A stretch of DNA of 64,000 bases from Octopus vulgaris (Eukaryota): assembly GCA_951406725.2 (NCBI GenBank), contig OX597817.1, positions 158,224,001-158,288,000 on the forward strand, written 5' to 3'. The position numbers were made by a program, and so were the translations under genes. The notes below the pieces were generated by a model. That model ran no database searches. It saw only the letters and a list, made by a program, of their open reading frames with translations, and was not told the DNA's origin. The stretch's first letter is position 1; each line of letters opens with the position of its first letter. Shown here in pieces: positions 1-10,808 of the stretch.

Positions 1-225
1 CAACCGATCGTGGCCATTGCCAGCCTCCCCTGGCACCTGTGTCGGTGACACGTAAAAAGCATCCACTACACTCATGGAGTGGTTGGCATTAGGAAGAGCA
101 TCCAGCTGTAGAAAACTGCCAGATCAAGATTGGAGCCTGGCGCAGCCTCCTGGCTTCCCAGACCCCAGTCAAATTGTCCAACCATGCTAGCATGGAAAAC
201 GGACATTAAGTGATGATGATGATGA
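1..225 (+). mobile_element. RTE-LINE 3'-end/tail repeat (family B), partial
   Basis: Shares GGTTGGCATTAGGAAG...CCATGCTAGCATGGAAAACGGAC and a (GAT)n tail with the 3' end of the RTE LINE at 32901-34395. Confidence 0.75.
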
Positions 226-287
226 TTTATTTGTTTTAAATTTACAATATTATAGCATCATATACAGTGTATAAGAAATATATGCTA

Positions 288-655
288 GGCGCAGGAGTGG
301 CTGTGTGGTAAGTAGCCTGTCTACCAACCACATGGTTCCGGGTTCAGTCCCACTGCGTGGCACCTTGGGCAAGTGTCTTCTACTATAGCGGCCAAAGCTT
401 TGTAAGTGGATTTGGTAGACGGAAACTGAAAGAAGCCTGTCGTATATATGTATATGTGTCTGTCCCCCCTAGCATTGCTTGACAACCGATGCTGGCGTGT
501 TTACGTCCCCGTCACTTAGCGGTTCGGCAAAAGAGACCGATAGAATAAGTACTGGACTTACAAAGAATAAGTCCCGGGGTCGATTTGCTCGACTAAAGGC
601 GGTGCTCCAGCATGGCCGCAGTCAAATGACTGAAACAAGTAAAAGAGTAAAGAGT
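288..655 (+). mobile_element. tRNA-derived SINE (family A), full length
   Basis: A-box-like TGGCTGTGTGG, B-box-like GGTTCAGTCCC, tail AAACAAGTAAAAGAG; 31-bp direct repeat at 257-287 and 656-686; more than 15 copies in the window. Confidence 0.85.
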
Positions 656-1082
656 ATCATATACAGTGTATAAGAAATATATGCTAAGCATGAAAATCAC
701 ATCTTGTATATGGCATCCATTTCCTACATCACACAAATGTGCTCTTTCTAAAGTGTTTACCACGACACTTCTCAGCATTTCAAGCTTCAGTGATGATTTC
801 AGCCCACATATTGGTCTTCAGCTGTTGGACTGTCCGAGGCTTGTTAACATGAGATAGCTCATTACAAAGAAATCAGAAGTCTTCAGATCTGGAGAATGCA
901 TTTGCTAGCTTATATTGTAAGTGCAGGAAATTATTTTTCTCTCAAAAATTTAACTGAACAGTTAGATTGCTAGGCAAGCTGCCACTCCATCCTATGTCGT
1001 ATTTATTCTGGAACTGTTGGGAGTAAGAAATTTTTTATCACAGACCAATATTCATATCCTGCAACAGTGACAAGATTCTTAA

Positions 1083-3697
1083 CCCTTTAGTGTTCAAACC
1101 GGCCATATCCGGCCAGAATTAATTCCCCTTTATTTGTTCAAACCGGCCAAATCCGGCCGTAAATGACCACTCTACGAAATCGCTAAAAAAATAAACAAAT
1201 CACGTTATTAAATTCTCGTAGCTTTGAGATAATGCGAGATGAAGCCTTTCCCGCCTTTATTCAAGTATAAATACTGTGAAATTGTTTCGACCACATGGTT
1301 ATTTCCACGTGTGAAGAGAACTGTATACGTTTGTTGTGAAAAAAATGGCGTCAGCAAGTAGCGATTCCGATTTTGAAGGCTTTACCATTGATGATGTTGA
1401 AGATATCAACGAAAACAAAAGTCTTTTGACTTGGGATGAGTCTGATATTGATATCAGCGATTATTCGTCGGACGAAGAAAATTTCGATGACGAAAGTGAA
1501 GAAAATGAAAGTGATGAAAACGATAGTGTAAACAAGGCAACATGGTCGAAAATTACGACACCAGTAACAATTTCTGATTTTACAGAAAACACTGGTCCAC
1601 AACATGATTTACCTCCTGATGCTCAACCACTGGATTATCTATTTTTATTTTTGCCTCAAAGTTTTTTTGAAAATGTTGCGGAGCAAACGAACAAATATGC
1701 CCAACATTTAATTTCTGTTCGTGGAAGGAGCGATCCGCTATGGCTGCCAACAAATACTGTGGAAATAAGAGCATTTTTTGCGATCAACATTATGTTTGGA
1801 GTCAGACAGCTTCCTCGACTGTGGAACTATTGGAGTCCCGATGTAAGGTATGGCGATCCATATATTTCAAGCATCATGTCGAAGACGAGGTATTCGAAAA
1901 TATCTCAGTATTTGCATTTGACTGATTCTTCCAATGCCCCCAACAAAAACGACCCAAACTACCATCCCCTGTACAAAGTACGTCCGGTAATTGATTTACT
2001 CGTACATAATTATAAAACTATTTATTTACCTGGAAAAAATCTCAGTGTAGATGAAGCGATGATAGGATTTAAGGGCAGAGTACATTTTCGGCAGTACATG
2101 CCTGCCAAACCTACTAAATGGGGGATCAAGGTATGGGAAGTTTGTGAATCGGAGACAGGATACTGTGTAAACTTCGATGTTTACACAGGTAAGAAATATA
2201 ATGCGAAAAGACCACATGGATTGGGACATGATGTTGTATGGTCTCTTACACAACCTTTTCACCATCAGCACCGACACCTCTATTTCGATCGTTTTTTTCT
2301 TCAGTGGCTTTGGCAGAAAATCTTGCACGTGTAAGCACTTACATGTGCAGCACTGTTATGGGAAATCGTAAAGGTTTACCCCATGAAATAAAAGCAAAAT
2401 TTAAAAAAAGAGGGGACATTTTGCAAATGCAAAAACAAAATTTGTTAGTTACTGCATTTAAAGACAAAAGGCAGATTTTATTTCTGTCTTCTAATGAACA
2501 AACTGGTGTTGGGGCTGAGGGGAAACCCCTCGTGAATATTTGCTACAACAAATATATGGGTGGCGTAGACAAATCCGACCAATATCGGGCATATTACCCA
2601 GTTGGTCGACCTGGGAAGAAATGGTGGAGGTACATTTTGTGGTTTTTAGTTAATTTAACTATAGTAAATGCCCACATTGTTTACGTAAAAAGCCACAAAG
2701 TACCTCCACCACCGAAAGACTACGACCACTTGAAATTTCGGGTTGACATTGCATCTCAGTTACGTGAGGGCTTTTCTTCTAGAAAGCACAGAGGTGGGAG
2801 AAAAGCAAAATTAACTGAGGTGGATGTCAACAGAGAAAATGTTGACTTCCATCAAATGGAAAAAATAGATGGAAGAAAAAAAGTGTGCAGACTGTGTTCG
2901 CAACAAAAAAGAAAAACTGCGAAAGGGTACCAGATCGAAACATCCTACATGTGTTCGTTTTGCCAAGTGCCCTTGTGTAAAGGGTGCTTTGGACAATTTC
3001 ACGACAGAAATATGCCATAAATGTATAATTTTACATATTCCTTTTAATTTTATAATATAATATGTGAAAGTGAGAACTACATATTAATTTTCAGTATGTT
3101 ACACACCTGTATTCACCTTTGTCTCACCTGTTAATGAGATTTTTTTATTAGATGCATTCTGTTACGTGAATGAATTCATTAAATTGTATAAGAGTGCATA
3201 GCCAATGGTATATTGACTAGTAAAAGAGTTTTTGTACTTTCTTTTCAATGATGATGTTTGAATGAAATATAGAAAAAGAGTAAAATCTTGTACTGATTAC
3301 ACCTGTATTTTAATTCATTCAAATTAATGTACCTCATCTTGAAAAATGTAAAATTGTTGGCCGTTGACATCTGGGATAATTTTAGCAGCAAATCAAACAG
3401 GTAAGATGTATTAAGAATATGAATTTTAGTGTTTATTCATAATGTTATTGTTTTTACACCTGTTAATTAAGTTTACCTGCCCATAAAAGTCAAATGTAGT
3501 GAGAAAGATCAGCTAAAATTACGTAATTATAAACCACTGGCATTTAAGCACCCATTTACAAAGTTTCAAATCTGTATGTAGAAAATTAACAAAGTTACAA
3601 GTAAATATTGTGGACACCCCACTTGAACCTGAATAAATCCAAATTAATCTGAACAGATAAGCATTACATTTGACAAGTTAATCTGAACACTAAAGGG
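1083..3697 (+). mobile_element. Full-length piggyBac DNA transposon (2615 bp)
   Basis: TTAA at 1079-1082 and 3698-3701; perfect 14-bp TIR CCCTTTAGTGTTCA (1083-1096) / TGAACACTAAAGGG (3684-3697); subterminal direct repeats GTTCAAACCGGCCAWATCCGGCC at 1092 and 1136; encloses a transposase. Confidence 0.95.
1345..3020 (+). CDS. piggyBac (PGBD-like) DDD transposase, split by one frameshift at 2292-2298
   Basis: Acidic N-terminus; motifs SVDEAM...KPTKWGIK, YFDRFF(SS), YNKYMGGVDKSDQ; C-terminal CxxC...CxxC..LC..CF...H domain; ORFs 1336..2334 and 2238..3020 fuse if one T is added to the T7 run. Confidence 0.9.
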
Positions 3698-5221
3698 TTA
3701 ATGTGGTTTTCAAAAAAGAGTCCAGTTACTTCTCCCATCATAAACCCATACCAGACTGTACACTTAATGGGGTGCAATTTCCTTTGACGAATTACACTAA
3801 GATTTTCAGAACCACCAAATCTTGCAGCTTTGTTTTCGTAAAGAAGCCATTCAAACAAAAATGTGCTTCATCTGACATTACCAACTTGTGGATAAATTCA
3901 GGATCTCCCTTTGCCAATCCTTGAAATCTGACTGCATATTATGATCTGTGGGCATAATCTAAGGGCTCCAGCTATTGCACTAACTGCATTATATATGCAA
4001 ACATGTTCATGATTTTAAAAATGCATCAGGGCAACATCCAGAGGGGCTCAAGTTGATGTCCTTGAAACTTTCCTTTACAAGCTCAACTATAGCTTCATTC
4101 CTAACCAAGTGAGGCCTGTTTCTGTGGAAGGTTGCTTATTGAACGCCATTTCACAAAACAACTTATCAAGCATCTAATTATTGATTCCCTTATAGACACT
4201 CTTATGCCATAATGACAATGATGTGCTTATTGCATCAGAATTATTGATCCTTGGTTTTGATAAAATTTCACAATTTGTGTTTGCTGTTCAGTCATAAGTT
4301 TTTTTTTTCTATGGTTAATCTCCAAAGTTTTCTTTATAGTAGTCCTGAGTACACCATTCTGGGCTTTTGGATGGATGGATGGAGATAGCTGGCAAGTTCT
4401 GAATTAGTTTCTGAATTAGGCCAGACATGAACTAACCACTGAACTAAATCAATCCAGCAAAACAGAAACACAGAGTTTTCAATACAGTATAATAAATAAA
4501 ATCTTATGGGTCTTTCACATCATGTACTGATAAGGGCTGGAAATATCTACTTTTGGAAATTTGTACAAGAAATAAGAACCACTCTTACTAAGAACTGTAA
4601 ATGTTAGATGAGTATATCAATTTTTGTAAAAATAAATTTTTAAGATATTTGGAAAAAGTCAAATTTCTTAATAAGCTTTTGGAGTTACTTGTGTTACATT
4701 CCTGGCAATGACTACAATTCCTTCAAAGAATATTTTGAAACTACAGTTAGTGATTGTAGAGAAAAATTTCTGGGGTTTTTTCTTTACCCCATAAAATGTT
4801 GAATGGGCAAACTACTCGGTCAATTATCTCCATCTGGCCTTACTGAGGAAATGATAAGGGACCAGCTGTTTTGATTTACTGTATTTAAGAAGAGAAGTCA
4901 AGTGAAGTAAAATTGTAGTCATCCATACATACGGGTACGTCCTTTACAGGTGCCAGTACCATGTAAATTGCACTTGTGCAGGTGCTATGTAAACACACCC
5001 ATACCAGTGGAACATAAAAAGCACCCAGCACACTCTGTAAAGTGGTTGGCATTAGGAAGGGCATCCAGCCATAGAAACCATGCCACAACAGACAATTGGA
5101 GTCTGGTCAGCTCCTGTCAAACCATCCAAACCATGCCAGCAGGAAAACGGATATTAAATGAGGATGATGAAGATGAAATCAAAATCTAAGTTCAATGAGA
5201 AATTTAAAAAAAAATTCTTAC

Positions 5222-5287
5222 TTCAGAATTAGGTGGGTCCTTCCGGCCCCTTTTGGCATTTCGGGATGACATTCTGGATTCTAAACA
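5222..5287 (-). CDS. Candidate coding exon of an unidentified minus-strand gene (…MSSRNAKRGRKDPPNSE)
   Basis: Polypyrimidine tract plus ttttag acceptor (plus-strand ct 5288-5289), strong donor GAA|GTAAGA (ac 5220-5221), GC-richer non-repetitive open frame with ATG at 5272. Confidence 0.5.
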
Positions 5288-5872
5288 CTAAAACTTAAAA
5301 AAAAAGAAAAGGAAATAAAACTGAATAACTTTACCATATGAGAAAAATATGTCATAATATCAGCAATAATTAAAGTTGTAGAGTTTAAAGAGAATTCAGC
5401 CAGCATTGCTATTCCATTCATAAAAATAACCGTGTTTTATTAAGAGCCAAAATTCCTTTTAATCGAAAAAGCATTTTTTATACTTAATAGCACTTTCAAT
5501 TTTAAGAAAGAATTATATATATATATATATATATAAATTGCCAGAACATGATTGTGTGGTTAAGAAGCTTACTTCTGAACCATGTGGTCTCAGGTTCAGT
5601 CCCACTACATGGCACCTTGGGCAAATGTCTTCTACAATAGCGATAGACAAACCAAAGCCTTGCGAGTGGATTTGGTAGATCGAAACTGAAACAAACCTAT
5701 TGTGTAAATATGTGCATGTGTGCTTGCTTACCCTGTCTCATTATATGGTAGTTGCTATGGGAAATTTTTTTACCTTGCTTGGAAACAGGTGAGGGTTAGC
5801 AACAGGGAAGGTGTCTTGCCATAGAAAATCGGCCTTGATTAGATGGTAAGAGTGTGTGTGTATGTATCTTGG

Positions 5873-6283
5873 ATCATCATCATCATCGTTTAACGTCTGT
5901 TCTCCATGCTAGCATGGGTTGGACGGTTTGACCGGGGATCTGGGAAGCCAGAAGGCTGCACCAGGCTCCAGTCTTATCTGGCAATGTTTCTACAGCTGGA
6001 TGCCCTTCCTAACGCCAACCACTCCGTGAGTGTAGTGGGTGCTTTTTACGTGCCACCTGCACAGGTGCCAGGCGAGGCTGGCAACGGCCACAGTCGGATT
6101 GGTGTATTTTATGTGCCACCGGCACGGAAGCCAGTCGAGGCGGCGCTGGCATCGGCCACGAGTCGGATAGTGCTTTTTACATACCACCAGACCAGGGATC
6201 CTGGATGGTTCAATTCGATTTTGCAGCCCAGGGATCCTGGCTGGTTCAATTCGATTTCGATTGCCCCAACATGTCTTCACAAG
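5873..6283 (-). mobile_element. RTE 3'-end repeat (family B)
   Basis: (CAT)n-CGTTTAACGTC...CCATGCTAGCATGG start followed by ~60-bp internal units. Confidence 0.8.
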
Positions 6284-6664
6284 CTATATATACATAAATA
6301 TAAAAGCCTTTGACATTTCTCTATCCAAACGGGGTATTTTTAAAACAATATTCTGCATGCTATTATTTATAGCTTTATCTACTTCAAGTTCCACCATTAA
6401 GCCAATTTATTTCAAATCTCTCTTAATTTAAAAAAAAATTTTCTTTAATTCTTGTAATGTAAACATACAATTTTTGCTGTGAAGAACAAAGCGTTTAAAA
6501 CAGATACAGAAAATTCAAAAGGTTGCACATCTATCATGACCACAGAAGCTGAGGGTTCAAGTCCCATGAGTACACCTTGACTTTTTTAACCCAATATTGT
6601 ACATGCAACTCTTCATAGTTTTACCTACTTCAAGTTCCACCATTAAAACGATATATACATTATA

Positions 6665-7201
6665 TGAGGGGGGGAGTCAAAAATTATCTGCACTTTTGCC
6701 ATAACATATCTTTACTGTCAAGTTGCATGCTTGTAGTTGGTACTATTGTGGTCACGTGATTGAAGTTTGAACCTGATTGAACCATTTTTGTTTCTGGCTT
6801 TATAGTGTAAGCATGGCCACTCCACTAGCCATGTGCACCAAAGAAGAACAAAGAACAGTGATCCGATTTCTCTGGTCAGAAGGTGTGTTGGGTGTTGAAA
6901 TTCATTGGAAGCTTTTAGCACAATACATGATAGTGTATTGTCCCCGTATTGTGCTAAAAGCCTCCAATGAATTTCAGCATCTGACACACACCTGGTCAGA
7001 GAAATCAGATCGCTGATCTTTGTTCTTCTTTGGTGCTCATTGCTAGTGGAGCAGCCATGCTTACACTATAAAGCCAGAAACAAAAATGGTTCAATCAAGC
7101 TCAAACTTCAATCCTGTGACCACAATAGTACCAACTATAAGCACGCATGTGCAGAAGGCAGTGTGACAATAATAAAGGTATGTTATTTCTGACTTCCCCT
7201 C

Positions 7202-7202
<1 letters not shown>
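6665..7202. mobile_element. Fold-back non-autonomous mariner derivative (two inverted 5' ends)
   Basis: TA-flanked ends (T/C)GAGGGG...CCCCTCG; arms of ~200+ bp are inverted copies; the left arm encodes the mariner N-terminus CTKEEQRTVIRFLWSEG..EIHWKL. Confidence 0.8.
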
Positions 7203-7238
<36 letters not shown>

Positions 7239-7241
<3 letters not shown>

Positions 7242-7520
7242 TTTGGTCATGAATGACCATGTGATTGCACCTAGAAAGTTACTCTCCGAGGCACAAGTCT
7301 GAACAAGGTTGTTTTATGGAGGACTAGCAGTTGCTCATGCATACCGACCTCCCCTCTCCATGCCACTGATGTCATGCAAGGGAAAGACAAAGGCCAATAC
7401 AGCTTGGCACCCATGACGTCGCAACTCATTTCTAAGCTGAGTGAACTGGAGCAATGTGAAACAAAGTGTCATGCTCAAAATCACAACACACAGCCTGGTC
7501 CAGGAATCGAACTCATGATT
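7239..7520 (-). mobile_element. SINE (family E), 5'-truncated
   Basis: Closely similar to 61908-62226; reverse B-box-like GGAATCGAACTC near 7503. Confidence 0.7.
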
Positions 7521-8523
7521 GTGTATCACATGTATATGGGCATATTTGAAGCTGTGAATTCATCCCTTCACAATTCTTGTGACTTCCTTTTGAACATTCA
7601 CTAAGGCAGCAAAGAGCTACTGTCTTGAACATAAAACAGTAAGAGACCCAGAAAATTAATAACCTTTTTTTTCACATGTATTGAGAACATTTATCATTTG
7701 TACAAATGAACATTTATGTATGTGTGTGTTTTATTGAACGCTTTCTTATTCATTCAACATACAGCAATGAATGTGTGAGTATGAACTCCCAAAGTTCATC
7801 AGCTTTTGCTCCTTTTAGGACCATAAGCAATATCTGATAGAAGTCTCCAGACATCACTGTTACTCCTCTTATTTGAGATCCATTTTCATTCTAGTCTGGA
7901 ATGTTGCCCTGTTTAGAGCCTCCAAAACTCTTGTGTACCATTATGCATTCATTCAAGACAATTATTTTGACAGCTCTTAACAAAAACTCTCCAGTTCCTA
8001 AATCACACCTCCCTTGGTGCATTCAATGAGAATAGTAGTTTCATTAACATGTAACTTAGGGTTCTAAGCAATCTAGAAATTCCACATGATAGTGAATTAT
8101 TTCTTCTTGATCCCCAACAGTGTATATTGATTTGTAGGTTTGACTTTCTTTAAAATGCCTGCAGCAGCTGTTGGCTGATACTGCTACACATTGTCATTTA
8201 TGCTTTAGGTAACAGATGTTGTTGGCTAGGGAACAGCTTGGATAACAATTTGTTTGTTGTATTAACGAATGTGCTTTATAATGCCAGAAGGAAATTTTCC
8301 CTCCCCAACTAGTTAGAAACTTTTCACAGACTGGCTAGACAACTCACTGCCAAAAATATGAAACTTATTTGTAAACAGTCTGAAAATTTTAAGAACTTCC
8401 AAAGTTCATCAGCTTTTGCTCATTTTAGCATCACAATCAAGATCTAATAGAAATCACCTGACATCACTGTTATCCTTATTTGAGATCTATTTTCATTCTA
8501 GTCTGGAATGTTGCCCTCTTTAA

Positions 8524-8735
8524 CCCTTTAGTGTTCGGATTACTTTGTCATATGTAATACTTATTTATTCACATTGTTTTGAATTAATTGTGCCTTGTCT
8601 CATAGCTTCAAGATTTCGATGACGTGATTATTTATCTTTAGAATGACATTGTAGGGTTGGTATGAGAGGCTGAATATCATAAGTTTGAACATAAAAGAAG
8701 GATAATATTCTGGCCAGATATGGCCGGTTTAAACA
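8524..8735 (-). mobile_element. piggyBac MITE (family 1), one terminus eroded
   Basis: TTAA|CCCTTTAGTGTTC at 8520-8536; GGCCAGATATGGCCGGTTTAAAC at the other end. Confidence 0.8.
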
Positions 8736-8936
8736 AAGCCTCCAAAACTCTTGTGTACCATTAAGCATTCATCCAAGACAATTATTTGACAGCTCTTAAA
8801 AACTCTTCAGTTCCTAAATTCTTGACAATGTTACAACCAAGTCCATCACTTATGCTCTTGTCCAGTAATCCCTAGCCTTCTTTGCACATTGACCAGTTTC
8901 ATGCAAGAAAATTTTTCCTCTGACCAGGAGAATCTG

Positions 8937-9318
8937 TGGAAGCACTCCGTTGGTTACGACGATGAGGGTTCCGGTTGATCCAAATCAACGGAACAGCCTG
9001 CTCGTGAAATTAACATGTAAGTGGCTGAGCACTCCACAGACATGTGTACCCTTAACGTAGTTCTCGGAGATATTCAGCGTGACACAGAGAGTGACAAGGC
9101 CGGCCCCTTGAAATACAGGTACAACAGAAACAGGAAGTAAGAGTGAGAGAAAGTTGTGGTGAAAGAGTACAGCAGGGATCACCACTCCCTGCCGGAGCCT
9201 CGTGGAGCTTTTAGGTGTTTTCGCTCAATAAACACTCACAACGCCCGGTCCGGGAATCGAAACCGCATTCTACGACCGCGAGTTCGCTGCCCTAACCACT
9301 GGGCCATTGCGCCTCCAC
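8937..9318 (-). mobile_element. tRNA-derived SINE (family C)
   Basis: Head GGAGGCGCAATGGCCCAGTGG...GGTTTCGATTCCC on the minus strand; TSD GACCAGGAGAATC; four near-identical copies in the window. Confidence 0.85.
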
Positions 9319-10000
9319 GACCAGGAGAATCACATGCATAACAAAACAGAAAGCACATAATATAATTTAATTATTACAAATACACAATGCTACAGATTGC
9401 AATGATCAATAAAATAGAAATAAAATTTTAAAATTTATTTCTTTATGTGTGACTTGTTACTTGGGGACTCCTGCTCTAGATTCCAAGAGGAGTTTGAAAG
9501 TATTTTATGCTGTACCTGCACTTTCAGAAAAAAGTATGCCTGCAATACCTGAAGAAGTAATTGCAATGGCTTTCTTTATTGATAGACTTCCCCAAGCAAT
9601 AGACTGATTGGCAATGTGTTTCCATTTCCATCACAAGCATCAGGTAAATTCCAACTTGTCAATCTTCTAAAAAATAGAATGGACTGCCCTCTTGCCTGCA
9701 TAGAGTTTGGGATCTTTATCAATCATATATTATCTTAATGATATTGACATTGTATGATGTCTCTCTTTTGAGAGATTAGCTTCAAAAATATGGCCTCCCT
9801 CAACTTAACCATACTGATATTCTTAAATATTTATAGCCTTCAGTTTGTTCTCAATGTCTGTAAGGGTAACATAGTAGAGTTCATCTATGCACAATATTTT
9901 CATGAAAGAAATTCTGTCTTGTTTGAGGCTCAAAATCTCAGACAATATCGCAATAGCTGAGTGAAAGCTGAAGAGGATTGGATGGTTGACAGCATTTTAA

Positions 10001-10194
10001 CTCTTTTGATACCAACCCACTTGAAAGCACCTCTGATTCTGCGATACAGCCCTCCTGTTTTAATGTGATCTAAATTAAAAACTTCCATCAAAATTCCATG
10101 TTAATAACAGCTTAATAATGACAAGGTTATTTTAATAAATTTTTCATTATATTCGGAATTAATTGATTTCACCAGAAATATGGTGACAAAAAGG
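10001..10194 (+). mobile_element. piggyBac-type MITE (family 2), degenerate
   Basis: TTAA on both sides; similar to 13793-14013. Confidence 0.6.
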
Positions 10195-10412
10195 TTAACA
10201 GCTAGATAAAAAGAATTCCAAGACTCTTGGTTGTTTCAGACATTGAAGCTTCTATGTTGCGTCCAACTGACCATCATTCTCAGAAATGTATCTAAAAGCA
10301 TACCTTCCTGGTGCATATTTCACCATTGACAGTTCAGAGATCTTGAAATGAACCTAGAAGAGTGTGAACTATGTATCCCTGAGAAATTGTATATTATGAC
10401 TTCTCAGGGATA

Positions 10413-10808
10413 TCTTTATATATAAAAGTGAAGTTGTGTGTCTGTCTCCTACAATTTAGATTCCTAACTACTCCCACATTTCGCGGTGCAGTTTAACCAA
10501 AACCGGGTATCTTATAGTCGTGATTCATATCGAACCCTTCTGGGTATTAGCGTGCGTCTACGATGAGTCTACGATTTAAAAAAAATTTACCATCATTTTT
10601 TTCCATTTTAATGCATTTTTTCACTATTATATAAGGGAAGTAACTCTCTAAAAATGTCTACAATGAGTCAACGATTTAAAAAAAAATTCACATCATTTTT
10701 TTCCCCATTTTTAATGCATTATTTTGCTATTTTTTGGCTATAACTCTCTAAAAATGCTTTATAGTTATTTCCCTTACAAACCCGAGCAACGCCGGGCGAT
10801 ACTGCTAG
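10413..10808 (+). mobile_element. Non-autonomous Helitron (type H1)
   Basis: A|TC 5' end, CTAG|T 3' end, subterminal hairpin CCCGAGCAACGCCGGG, no TSD; second copy at 51506-51885. Confidence 0.85.

Larger units (their letters stand above)
750..4330 (-). pseudogene. Degenerate Tc1/mariner-superfamily transposase (rosa/DD41D-like, DUF4817-type N-terminus), split by the piggyBac insertion
   Basis: Minus-strand fragments MTEQQTQIVKFYQN (~4290), SDEAHFCLNG (~3870), LHPIKCTVWYG...LFFEN (~3770-3705) and, left of the piggyBac, SPDLKTSDFF (~890); many stops and frameshifts; ends approximate. Confidence 0.65.

Noticed and set aside
1345-3020. Domesticated PGBD gene or splice-trap fusion (CSB-PGBD3-like)
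   Set aside because: Intact TIRs and TSD indicate a mobile copy, and it is antisense to the inferred host gene, so exon trapping is not supported.
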